Source: Podarcis erhardii (lineage: Eukaryota). Taken from it: 64,000 bases of DNA. The stretch lies in assembly GCA_964252035.1 (NCBI GenBank), contig OZ176200.1, one strand, 5' to 3'. The notes below the pieces were generated by a model. That model saw nothing but the letters and a program-made list of their open reading frames with translations, was not told the origin of the DNA and did no database searches. Below, piece by piece: positions 12,431-23,413 of this stretch. The stretch's first letter is position 1, and each line of letters begins with the position of its first letter. A program made the translations under genes and the position numbers.

Positions 12431-13724
12431 CCTAAATTTGGGGAAATGTTCCAACTTGGTACTTTCAAGATGCAGCTGGCCTCTGCCTTAACCGCTGAGC
12501 TCCAAATGTATGCCAACAGAGTTAACAATTAGACTAGCACAGGGAACAAGTTCTGTGCCGTATACACAATCTTTCTTTCCTTCAAAACATTTTTGCTATC
12601 CTCATCCCTCTGGAGTACAGAACTTGCTTAGGATAAACTTGAATCTAATGAAACACTATTTATAGTGAGGTATGAAATGAAAGTCTTGGATAATTGCAGA
12701 GCACTGTAGTATTTTGGCAGTAGTGAAACAGTTCTTGTAATGAAACTTCTGGAAGAGAGAGATGAATGAGGATGCATAATGGCTTGGGTCTGGTAATCTT
12801 ACCATTCTTACTCAGTTGAAGGCTTTGCTGGAGCTGTGTGCATAATTCTGGGCCTGCTTCTCTTATATGCATGGGCTCACACTGAACAGCTTAAGCTGCC
12901 TTATGCTAACTCAGCCCATCACACCCTCTGTTGGCTGACTGGCAACAGGTATCCAGGGTCTCAGGAAGAGGTATTTCACATTACCAACTCCCTGAGGTGT
13001 TTGGGTAGAAACTCGGGCCTTGAACATGCAATGCATTGTGTTCTGCCAGTGAACAATGATTCTACTCACAAATTTCTCGTCAGCTTGCAGTTAGGCTTAT
13101 CACACAATTCTGTTGGATGTCAGGGTAGAATTTAGGCCCGAATCAGACTTAATACAATCCATTGTTGCCCTGATCAAGCAGTGCCCAAACCCAGTCTTCA
13201 ATGAGCCCTTCTGATAAGTTCCAGATCAGTACCCTGTTTTGGAGTTGTGCACTGTGGTGGCATTGAAAGGCCTTGGGTTGTGTCTTCTGCCTCAAATGGA
13301 TTTGTTGAGAACGTGGACTGAGTGGATCCAAGGCCAGCTCAAGAAAATTTCTACCTGAGGGGAAATAAAATTTGATGTTTCACCGTTTCATATTCAGAAG
13401 CTGACCTGGCTGGCAGTTGTATCTTACTTCTGCGCTGGTGATGTGAACAGCATCTTACATGAGCCAGAGAATAGCAAGCTAGTTTAGTGGGTGCAGGGAC
13501 AGGTCACATGACAAACACAGGTCCATCCTCCAACATATTGGTGCCACTTCCCCACACCAGAAACATCTGTTACCCGAGACAGCCACCTCACTTTGCCAGT
13601 CTTGAGTGGATCCATGCAGAACTTGGCACACAGTGAAACCATCATGTAATTCCTTTGCCACATACCCACATAACCCCACACATGCCTTGTCATGCTTCAG
13701 TCCCCTTCTAGCAGTTATTAGTTC

Positions 13725-13990
13725 TTATTATTATCATTAATTAAATTTCTTGTTGTTATTGTTGTGATTATTAGTTAGTTAGTTAGTTAGTTGTTAGTTG
13801 TTAGTTGTAGTGAGTTAGTTGTTGTTAGCTATTATTATTATTAATTAAATTTCTTGTTGGTAATTTTTTTATTAGTTAGTTGTTATTAGTTAGTTGTTGT
13901 TAGTTATTATTATTAATTGAATTTCTGCACCACCCTTCATCCAAGGATCCCATGATGGTTTACAATATAAAAACACAGAAATACATATCA
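13725..13990 (-). repeat. LINE 3' tail with expanded (TTAG/TTG/TTA) low-complexity sequence
   Basis: Three copies of ttattaatt(a/g)aatttct separated by ttag/ttg runs, then ccacccttcatccaaggatccc...tttacaatataaaaac typical of an L2/CR1-group 3' end on the minus strand. Confidence 0.6.
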
Positions 13991-16094
13991 TAATAACAAA
14001 CAAAATTGTATTAAGGCACAGTAAATATGGGGTGAGTTTCATGCTGGATGTCTGGAGAAGCAACTAGAAAACTACACATCATAGTGCATTACCAGATGTC
14101 ATTCTGCACCGATTCATTCAGCTTGGTCAGTTCTTTGTGATTTGGCTCTTCCTTGGTGAATATCAGTTGGCTCAATTATCTTTAGGGAATATGAAATACA
14201 AATTCATGCCAGCTGGTGATCTGGTCTTTTATTTAGAAGTGTAATATTATGCACAGCACTTTAAAAGAAATTAATCAGTTCCAAATCTGATTTACATTAA
14301 ATATATATAATTCTACTCCTGTTAATATAATGATGACAAATTGATGCAGTGATCTTGTTATTATGTGTGCGCACTGCAGAGTCAATTATTCCCTAATGCA
14401 GCACTGTATTAAAACAAGCAATGTGTATTAAATTAAAATCAGCATAATGTGAACCCAACATCAAGAGGATGCAAATGTTCACACAGCAAAATTGTTTAGC
14501 AAAAGCAAGCTCAGCCAGATCTCTCAGAATTCAGAAGCCTCCCATTCAGCGACCAGATTTTCCATAGGTTCTCCAGGTTACTCCACAACAGGGCCCTGGT
14601 GCTTCAGTTTCCTGAGGAATGAAAGCAGCCACTTTTTATGCTCAGGGCCCATGCTGCAGAATAGCTTGCCACCCATTCATAATTTTTATGGATTGTTCCT
14701 GTTTGGAGAGCTTTGTCCACAGTTAGAAGAAAATCAACGGTGTGCATAGTTCTCTTCCAACTTATGCTGCCATGAGTTAGAATGCCTGAGAAATCTCAAA
14801 GGACAATAGTAAATTACTAATGATTAACATACTGAAAATAAGCTGTTTTTCAAAAACGTATAACCTTCATGCCCCCTGCCTAGATAGATATGTCCATGCA
14901 CATATAAATATATATGAAATCTAAACATAGCAGCTGCGGAGAGAGGAGAGGAGGCAGAAGCTTAGCTCAGAACCTGATGGGGTCACAGCAGTATAGAAAT
15001 TAAAGTTTCATCTTACTTGTCTTTCTTGTGGGAGAGAGGAAAGCGGTGTTTGTGCAGATCACGTAGTCAATTGCTCACTAAATGGAATACAGCACCAAGC
15101 AAAAGCATCAAGGGTGGAGAACCTCCAGTCGGCAGGCCAAATCTGACCCAGCACAGGTCCCAATTTGTCCCCTGAGGCCATTTCCCCATAACTCATATAC
15201 CTGCCCCACTCCTGAGGTTGTACAGGATGTATTCCTGTGGGGAGCTCAACCAGACAGCTAATTCCTGCAGAAAACAACCTTACACTCAACACTTTGCTGG
15301 CAAAGCGCCCGTGCTGCAATTCCCAAGCACCTGTCATCCAGCTGACTATTGGACACTTGGAAAACAGTGCACAAGGGACTTAGACAAATGGGAGGGGCAA
15401 CCCATTTGACATCCTGATTTGTCCTGCCCACCTGTCAAAGCTGGACCACAGGAGTGGGGACAGATAACAATCTGGCCTACTGGGTCAAAAGGGTTCCCAA
15501 CCCCTGAAATGTGGAAACAGCTCGAAGAGAACTTGCCAAGAAATTTCAGGCAACTGCCGACCAAAGTTCAGAATTACTCACACTCCTCAACCTCTGCTGC
15601 AGCAACGTGATAATAAGAAGTGATTGAATAATTGCCATTATTGTACAACCTCCAATCAAGTTATGAAGTCACATTTCTTTTGAGTGAGAGTCAGGAGGCT
15701 CCATTAGTGCATCTGGAAGACAAGACTTCGCTGTCATTGCGGGGGAGAAGCTGACACATGCATCCTCCATAGAAGCAATATAGAAAGCTAGGGGATAAAA
15801 ATAACCAGAGCTGCACAGAGGGATTAACACTTGTTTGCATTGCCACATAACTAATTTTGACACCTCCAACACATTTGTTCAGCAGAAGAGGAATGAAGGG
15901 TGGCAGCTGGTGTGGGTGAAAAGCTCCATCAAACAGGGCTGTGCTGAAAGTTTCTCACTGGCAGATGCAAATCCCAAGGCAGTTTAGTGGGAGTCAGTGG
16001 CTGGAGATGACTCTCTCTGCAGGAAACCTCATGCCCAAGTTGGAATACGGGGGCTTTTCTATTCAGTAGCTGCTTGGGTTACATTACACAGTCA

Positions 16095-16440
16095 GATGGA
16101 TTGTTCTGTTATCTGAAATGTGTCGCCGGAGGTTAACATTATTAAAAACAATCTACGGCCATTTCTGGACATGGATGGCCTGGTTACAGCTACCCATGCG
16201 TTAGTAGCCTCCCAGCTGGATTATTGCAAAGCGCTAGGTATGGGGATGGTCCTTGAGGATGGTCCAGAGAGGGCAGCCAGAGTGCTAACTGACATATCTG
16301 CACAAGGCCATATTACCCTGGTTCTCAAGGATCTGGACTGGCTGCCTGTTTGTCACTGGGTGCAATTCAAGCTGTTAATACTGAGGTCCAAAGCCCTAAA
16401 TGGCTTAGGGCCTGGGTACAAAAGTACATTTCATGTACAA
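16095..16440 (+). mobile_element. Degraded L2-clade LINE fragment
   Basis: LVTATHALVASQLDYCKAL...HITLVLKDLDWLPVCHWVQFKLLILRSKALNGLGP. Confidence 0.85.
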
Positions 16441-18015
16441 AAGCCAACCAGACCGGGAGACACTGGTTAAGGGACAGCAACTTCCACTGCCCCTGAACGC
16501 AATAAGACTACAGCAGGGCAGGACATGCGGCACACTCCCCGCCCCTCAGTATCTGCTGCCTGAGGCAACTGCCTCACTCTGCCTCATGGTAGGGCCACCT
16601 CTGCCTGTATCTTTCACAATGAGCCTCTGCTCTTCTATCCCTTTCCCTCCCGTTGTTGAAATTGAATTCTTCCTTTTAAACTTTGCTTATACTGCTGCTG
16701 GGCACACAGTGTTGGTGAATCCCTAGCTACCCACCACCTTACTTTGCCCAGAAATATCTAGACAAATACATCAGAATGTACATGTTTGATTCATGGGTGT
16801 GTGCCCCAGGTTCCTTAAGTACACAGCAACACCCTGATGATGTGTACCCTTCTCAACCATCACCAGCACAAAATGCATGGCAAGCCACCAATACTGTGAT
16901 AGAGCATGTAGTCTCCTGTTGAAATACTGCATATCAGAGAATCACAGAGGCCGTTTATACAGGCATCCCACCCCCACCCCCACTTTCCTTCATGCAAACA
17001 CGCCCAAATATGTTTCTGCACACCAAAGAAAGGAAATGCGTGAAATGGCACCAATGCACACAAGCAAGCAATTTCTATGATCATGGATGGTCCAAAAAAC
17101 TGCAGCTGTGATTATAGAAATTGCTGCTGAGTATGATCACAGGGCTCTTGAGAGCAATTACATAAAGAAAAACATCTAGGGAAATGCCTGAGTGAATCGG
17201 CCCTTGCTAGGTAGCTGCAAATGTAAACCTCCACGCAGCCCATGTGGTTTGGGTGACTTCTGCACTCTTCATTGTCTATCCTCCATTCTTCATGCATTGT
17301 GCCCCTTTACATTAGGAATCCCTGTATGCCAATATATACAGCTCCAGGTCGGACACAGGGCCAAGCAAAATGTGGCAAGAGCAGCCCTGTTTGTTCATGT
17401 AGAAAGCAATGTGTGATGGTCTAATGCTGATGTCAGCTGAAACCTTCCCATTTCTTACCTCCCCACGGTCCATCGCCCCAGATGTGCTCCCCTCCGCCTG
17501 GCTTACTTGCAACACTGGAGCTGGGCTAGGAGCTGCAGTGACAGATCTTGAGATGGTTAGGTGCTTGCTGGGTTCAGGTCTCCTTACCTATACATCCTTG
17601 ATGATGTAAAAAAAATGGACATACACACCCAATTTATATATGAATGGGCCACAGACACATAAAAAAAATGCTTGCTCAAGTTTAACCCTTAAGGTTGGAG
17701 GGATCGGATGTGATGTAAATGAGCAGGCTGAACAAAGATAAATGTGGAAGACAGACAAGGGAGGAATGTGGAGGGTGTGGGAAGAATGAGGGTTGAAGTG
17801 GAGGTAGGGGAAGTTGTGACTGGTAAAGCTTTAAAAGGGCAGAGGGGAAACCAAAAAAGGGGGGCGGGGAAATAAAGGACCAGAGGGTCAAGTGGAACCA
17901 GCATTTGATGGAGGAGTCGCAGCCAGGGGGTTTCCATTCATTGGAGACAAGTCTTGAACGAAGGTCACCCCTCCTGCTTTCTGACCTGTGTGATTTGTTT
18001 CCTCATCCCCCCTAG

Positions 18016-18120
18016 ATCTACCTGTCATGGAAGAGTGGCCCAGGCGAAGTGAAGCACTGGAAGGATATGATTTCACACCCCCGGCAGGCTGTGGCACAGT
18101 GGCACCAGCTGAAGGCCTGA
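18016..18120 (+). CDS. SYT7: Synaptotagmin-7 terminal coding exon
   Basis: ccccctag acceptor; [34 protein letters not shown] then TGA. In-window CDS totals 861 nt in frame. Not present in the supplied ORF track in this frame. Confidence 0.97.
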   Translation: MYLSWKSGPGEVKHWKDMISHPRQAVAQWHQLKA

Positions 18121-18409
18121 GAGGCAGGAGCCGAGGACTCGCTCTGGGTTTCAGTGCACCAAGTCAACATTTACTGGCCACACTCTCACTACTACTTTAT
18201 GCACAACGGCTGCACCCTGGTCTCCCCCAGGGGGGAAAAGCTTGGGAATGACCACAGGCTAAGGGAGCGAACCTGAAACATGTACTAAACTTTGGAAAAG
18301 TGGTATCGGTGCCCAATGTGCTGGCTCAGCAGCGCAGAGCATCACAAGGAGCACCATTAATACCCAACCTCCTGCTTTAGCCTTTCCATCAGACTCCTTA
18401 TGTAGAAAG

Positions 18410-18412
<3 letters not shown>

Positions 18413-18440
<28 letters not shown>
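18413..18440. repeat. (GA)n microsatellite in the SYT7 3' UTR
   Basis: Direct reading, 14 GA units. Confidence 0.95.
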
Positions 18441-18445
<5 letters not shown>

Positions 18446-18707
18446 GAGCAGAGCAGCCCTCCAGCTGAAGGTGGCCTCAGCACTGATTTGTTTGGATTCA
18501 CAGTGTAGCAATGGCACAATGGGAGGAGAGGGGTCCGCTACTGCCATACAAGACTTCCTATGAGTTCTTCCAGCCAAAGGCCCATTGGGATGGCACCCTA
18601 CTCCGCCATAAGAAAGCTAACCCCATCCAGCGGCTGCACTGGCCTGAGAGGGGGCACTGCAAGGAGATCACTTGCTCTGTTTCCATGAGGTGGTTTCGTT
18701 ATCATTC

Positions 18708-18713
18708 AATAAA
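18708..18713 (+). terminator. First AATAAA downstream of the SYT7 stop (candidate proximal poly(A) signal)
   Basis: Hexamer about 590 nt after the stop; usage unknown and the UTR may extend further. Confidence 0.3.
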
Positions 18714-20506
18714 ACTTGTAAGAGTAATAAGAATAATATAAATAATAATGCTGGCTAGACCTTTTCCTAGCCAGGCCTCTCTGCAAAGGGGAGAGGAGCC
18801 ACGAAGCTCCCCTAGCCCCCCTGTGTGTGTGTTGTGTGTTGTAACTATGCGTGCAGGGCATTCGTGTGTCACTTGTGTTCTCTTTCTCTCGCTCAGCCCT
18901 AGACAATTTGTTTCTCTGAGGGGCTTGATTCACTGCCCAGCAGGAATTGAGGGGAAGCTTATGCCATGTGGAAAAGGAGGGGAGCAACAGATTTTGGAGC
19001 TTTGATTGAGAGGAAAGAGGAAAGAGAGACAAGGAGGCCATTTTCTTAACCATGCTGGAAGCCATGAAACACATGCCACAAGCTAGAGTGTGTGTGGTTG
19101 TAACATTAGGGAGAGCCTAACTTTTAATTGCCCCTTTTGTTTGGCAGAGGCAAAGGAGACATGCTGAGCAGTCCTGAATGGCGGGAGCCAGTCAAACTGA
19201 CTCCTCTCAACATCCCACTGTGCTTGTCACACATGGCCCCAAGCAACCATCCTACTTTAATGATGCCTCCCCATTTTCTCTCCTCTACTCAGCCAGCTAC
19301 ATGCACCCTAACCCACCACCGTCTCTCTTGGATTCCAAAGCTTGTTTTCACTCAGTCTGCAGCCATTCCCTTGGAAACCAGCAAACACACACCTGTGCAA
19401 TTTCTAGTTAATTAGCCACCTACTTTCTGTACCTTTCTGCATCTATGTTAAAAGAGTTTGCCTAGAAACTGACTTCTCTCATTTGCATTCACACACCCCA
19501 AATATAGGTTGCATCAAGAAGATTAGTGCCCATGATGTAGAAGGATGTGATTTTTCAGCAAAACCAGTACTTCCCGGAAGTGGCGTTGAGGAATTGACTT
19601 TATGATAGCAAAACAACCCTAGTTAAAAGTCTTGGGTTGTCCACGCAGTAACTGCAACTTAAATCTTGGGTTTCTATTTGTCTTTGATGAAATGTTTCAT
19701 CTCTTCTCTGCTTTTTATTCTTCATTGCCTGATAGGGTACCAGGGAAAAGTCAACTCTCCTAGACATTCGGTCAAAATGGTAAAGAGACCATCTCAAGAC
19801 TTCATAGGTGAGAGCAGGGACTAAGGGGCACTGACAAGAAAGATTTGTGTCTGATTCCAGTGCTTCTCTGGATCTTTATCTCAGTCTTCCCACATTTTTC
19901 CTGCAAGCAGAGAACAAGGATTAATCTGCACAACCCTTTTTGAATGTGTTAAAGGCAACATGTTTTATTTCAGTTACTTGGGAAACACTTTTGGGCTAAT
20001 ATTTTGAATATATTGACAGGTGTCCTAACCCATTGCATCCTGTGGAGAAGCAATAAACCACAGCTTTTCTTCTTCCTACCCCAAAGGCTAGAATGTGCCA
20101 TCAAAGAGGGTCGTCTGCATGATTCAGTATGAGCGTGCAGGTCAGTCTTGCACCATGCTGCAGACCTTCCGTGCGTAGGAGGTGAGCAGTGATGTGAATG
20201 TGACAAACCATTCATATAATCCATTTGCCATTTCCAAGGCTCAAGCTGCAAGGGGGAAATGATGCTGGGGTAGATAAGGCAGAATGGTTTTGTGGAGAGG
20301 GAGCCTCAGTCTGAACACATATTAAAATATTTGCAGCAGCTATTCGACAGAGCAAAAACCACTCATAAGACAATTCATTTTGGCTTTGAGGTGTCCTAGG
20401 TGATTGTGTGCAGGGCTGGCGCAGGATAGTTTGTTGCGTGAGGCATAGGACAAGATGACAGCTCCCTGCATTCAACATCCAGGTGCTGACTAGCCCAGTG
20501 GCTGAG

Positions 20507-20507
<1 letters not shown>

Positions 20508-20557
<50 letters not shown>

Positions 20558-20581
20558 TATATACACACACACACACACACA
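20508..20581. repeat. Compound (TA)n(CA)n microsatellite
   Basis: Direct reading. Confidence 0.95.
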
Positions 20582-20794
20582 ATTAAACATTATCATCACA
20601 TAAAAGAATAAACCACAAAAAAAGAAAATAGAAAATAAAACATTTCCACACAATATTAAATCCACATTTTGGGGTTACTCAGATCCCTCAACGTCCCTCT
20701 AGCCGTGGCTGAGTCTTAATTCAGCACCTGGGATTGGACAGTGTCCTTCACCATACCAGAGGCAGCAAGCTAGTTGCGAAGGGGGCAGGACGTG

Positions 20795-21950
20795 TCATGT
20801 AACATAAACAGCTCTGTCTTCCAACATAGGAAAATGGACAGTTTGAATATGTTTCACCTCCATTTGTTTAGAAGCTGCTACCTTCAAAAGCAGTCTAATG
20901 GTGCATCTCACTACAGATGCAAAAACCTCATTGTAGTCCTCTGCATACTTTTGCAAGTAACCTTTGGCAACAAGTCTTGCTTTGTAGCATTCAACTTCCC
21001 ATCCTGTACCCTGCTTTACCTTGCATACCCACTTGCTTCCAATTGTCTTCTTCCTGGGAGGCATCTTGATTAAAGTCCAGGTTTGGTTCTGGTGCAGGGC
21101 ATCCATCTCCATGCACCTTCCTTCCATAGACGGGCTTCAGCGGCTGCCACCTGCTCCATCACTTCCCAGGTGGAAGGTTTCAAGGGGTGATGCCGACTTG
21201 TGATGGAGAGCAGTTGCGGAGTTGGAATAGCTTTCTTGGGTCTCAATGAGCACCTGACCTCTGTCTCTGGAGTCACATCATCTTCCTCATCACCAAGTGC
21301 AGGCATCTCATCATCAGTCTCCTCCCCTGAGGGAGCGCTGCTGTTGGACTCTACTCCTCTGCTTCTCCTTGCTGCTCATCATTTGTGCTAAGTGGTGTGA
21401 CAGTAGAAAGCAGATCTGGACATCAATTCAGGAAAGTACTTGTGGGCTTGTGTTTCTTCCTCTGACTCCTCAGAAAAATCTATCTCTTGTCAGCTTTCCT
21501 GTGCTCATCAAAATGAACCGCATGTCTTGTGCTGACCTTTCCAGTATTCAAGTTCATCACTTTGTAATATCTGCCTCCAATACCAAATCCAAACATAATT
21601 GCCTGTTCCTCTCTGGAGTCTTAACTTGTCCCTGTTCTCCATGGGTACATAGGCATAGGCAATGCTGCCAAACACAGGTTTGTGTGATATGTTTGGTACA
21701 CTTCCATGCCAAAGCTCAAAAGGTGTGCATTCAGCTCCCTTGGTTGGCAGACTGTTCTGGAGAACCATCTTCTCTCTCAATTTGAACATCAAAGTAGTAA
21801 GAAACATTTCTGAGTTCCTTTATCTCTGCTGCTTTGCACATCAATCTCCCCAGCTGCCTCCACTTTATTTCATCCACAGTTTTAACAAAAATGGCATTAC
21901 GAGCCTGTTCTCTGATTGACAGAAAGCTGGAACTGAGACATTTTCTGACC
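20795..21950 (-). mobile_element. Ty1/copia LTR retrotransposon internal relic (integrase C-terminus, linker, RT N-terminus), frameshifted
   Basis: QNSLPTKGAECTPFELWHGSVPNISHKPVFGSIAYAYVP (integrase) precedes WTLIKMPPRKKTIGSKWVCKVK...YKARLVAKGYLQKYAEDYNEVFASVV (copia RT); INT-before-RT order is copia-diagnostic. No LTR recognised. Confidence 0.88.
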
Positions 21951-22535
21951 TCTTACAATCAAGTGAAAGCCCATTGCTGAAATGAGGGACAGCTTAAGGA
22001 AAACAGGATTCATGTGGATATAGATAGTTTCACATTCTTCTTAAACAATCAGCTGAGAATTTATAGATTTAGGCAGATAACTTTGAAAAATGAATATGGA
22101 AATGAAAAGACCTCATATATATCGAATGATTACTCATATGGGAGAAGATAGATTGTGTTATGGGAAGCAGTGATTGGGGTAACTATCTCAAGAGACACCT
22201 AGAAATATATAGGCAATTCAGAGGAATTATGGTCAATGTGGCATTTAACCCCACTTAGAATAGCTAGAATTTATGATGCCAGTAATGATGACTGTTGGAA
22301 ATGCAACTCAGTTACAGCATATTTAATTCACTATTTGTGGAACTGCCCTGAAGCAAAAACAATACCAGCAGGAAATGGTATCTAATATAAGAAGCATGTT
22401 GAAACACCCTGTTCAGCTAGACTCAAAATTACTCCTATTAACTTATTTGAAAGACACAGTCCTTAAAGGCAGGGAGAAACTGTTGTTTAATATAATTCTA
22501 TTCTAATATTATATGAAGTGCTCCATAATATAATA

Positions 22536-22769
22536 CAGTGGTACCTCAGGTTATGAACTTAATTCGTTCTGGAGGTCCGTTCTTAACCCGAAACCATTCT
22601 TAACCTGAGGCGTGCTTTCGCTAATGGGGCCTCCTGCTACCACTGCTGCACGATTTTCATTCTCATCCTGGGGCAAAGTTCGCAACCTGGAGCAACTACT
22701 TCCGGGTTAGCAGAGTTTGTAAACAGAAGTGTTTGTAACCCGAAGGGTTTGTAACCCGAGGTACCACTG
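22536..22769. mobile_element. Tc1/mariner-type MITE
   Basis: TIRs cagtggtacctcaggtta / taacccgaggtaccactg, TA on both flanks. Confidence 0.9.
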
Positions 22770-23399
22770 TACTGTATTTTTACTACGAGGGGTGGTAACA
22801 TTTGGATTCTCTGCCCCTAGTGCCAACATTTCTTAAGCAATCTCTGCATGCAAGAGGTTCTATCAATGTTGCTGGGATAGAGTCCTAATGATATTTTTCT
22901 TCCCCTGGCCTTGTCAGTTTTGGCAGCTGCTTCCAGAGGTTTTTGACTTGTTTCCAGTGTTATTTCTACTCAGAATAGATCAGTTGAAATTAATGGACAT
23001 GGCTAACTTAAGCCCAATTAACTTCAGTGGAGCTACTCTGCATAGAATGAGCACTGGATACAACCCTACTTGCTTCTAATGTGAGGGCCAAGTGGACTCT
23101 TTACCAGCCAAGCATTATTTCATTTTTTCCTCTGGCTGTCCAGGTCACAGGCCTTTCACTTATCCCTTGCTTAGCACAAAGGTAGCTATCATTCCATCTA
23201 GTTCCCAATGAGAGATTGTTGGGTGGCTGCAGTTTCCCAGTCCACAAAATTGCCCATCTGATATGAACTCCTAAGCCTTGAGATGATATATATGAGGCTG
23301 ACTGTCACCGACAGCAATCATAATGTAAAGCCTTCTGCTCCAAGTACCATGGCAGATGAGAAATAAAAGCCAGGAAGATGCAAGCATGCTTAAAAGTAC

Positions 23400-23413
23400 C
23401 CACTAGGTGGCAC
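23400..23413 (+). promoter_or_regulatory. CTCF core motif match
   Basis: CCACTAGGTGGCAC fits CCASYAGRKGGCRS at all positions. Confidence 0.5.
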
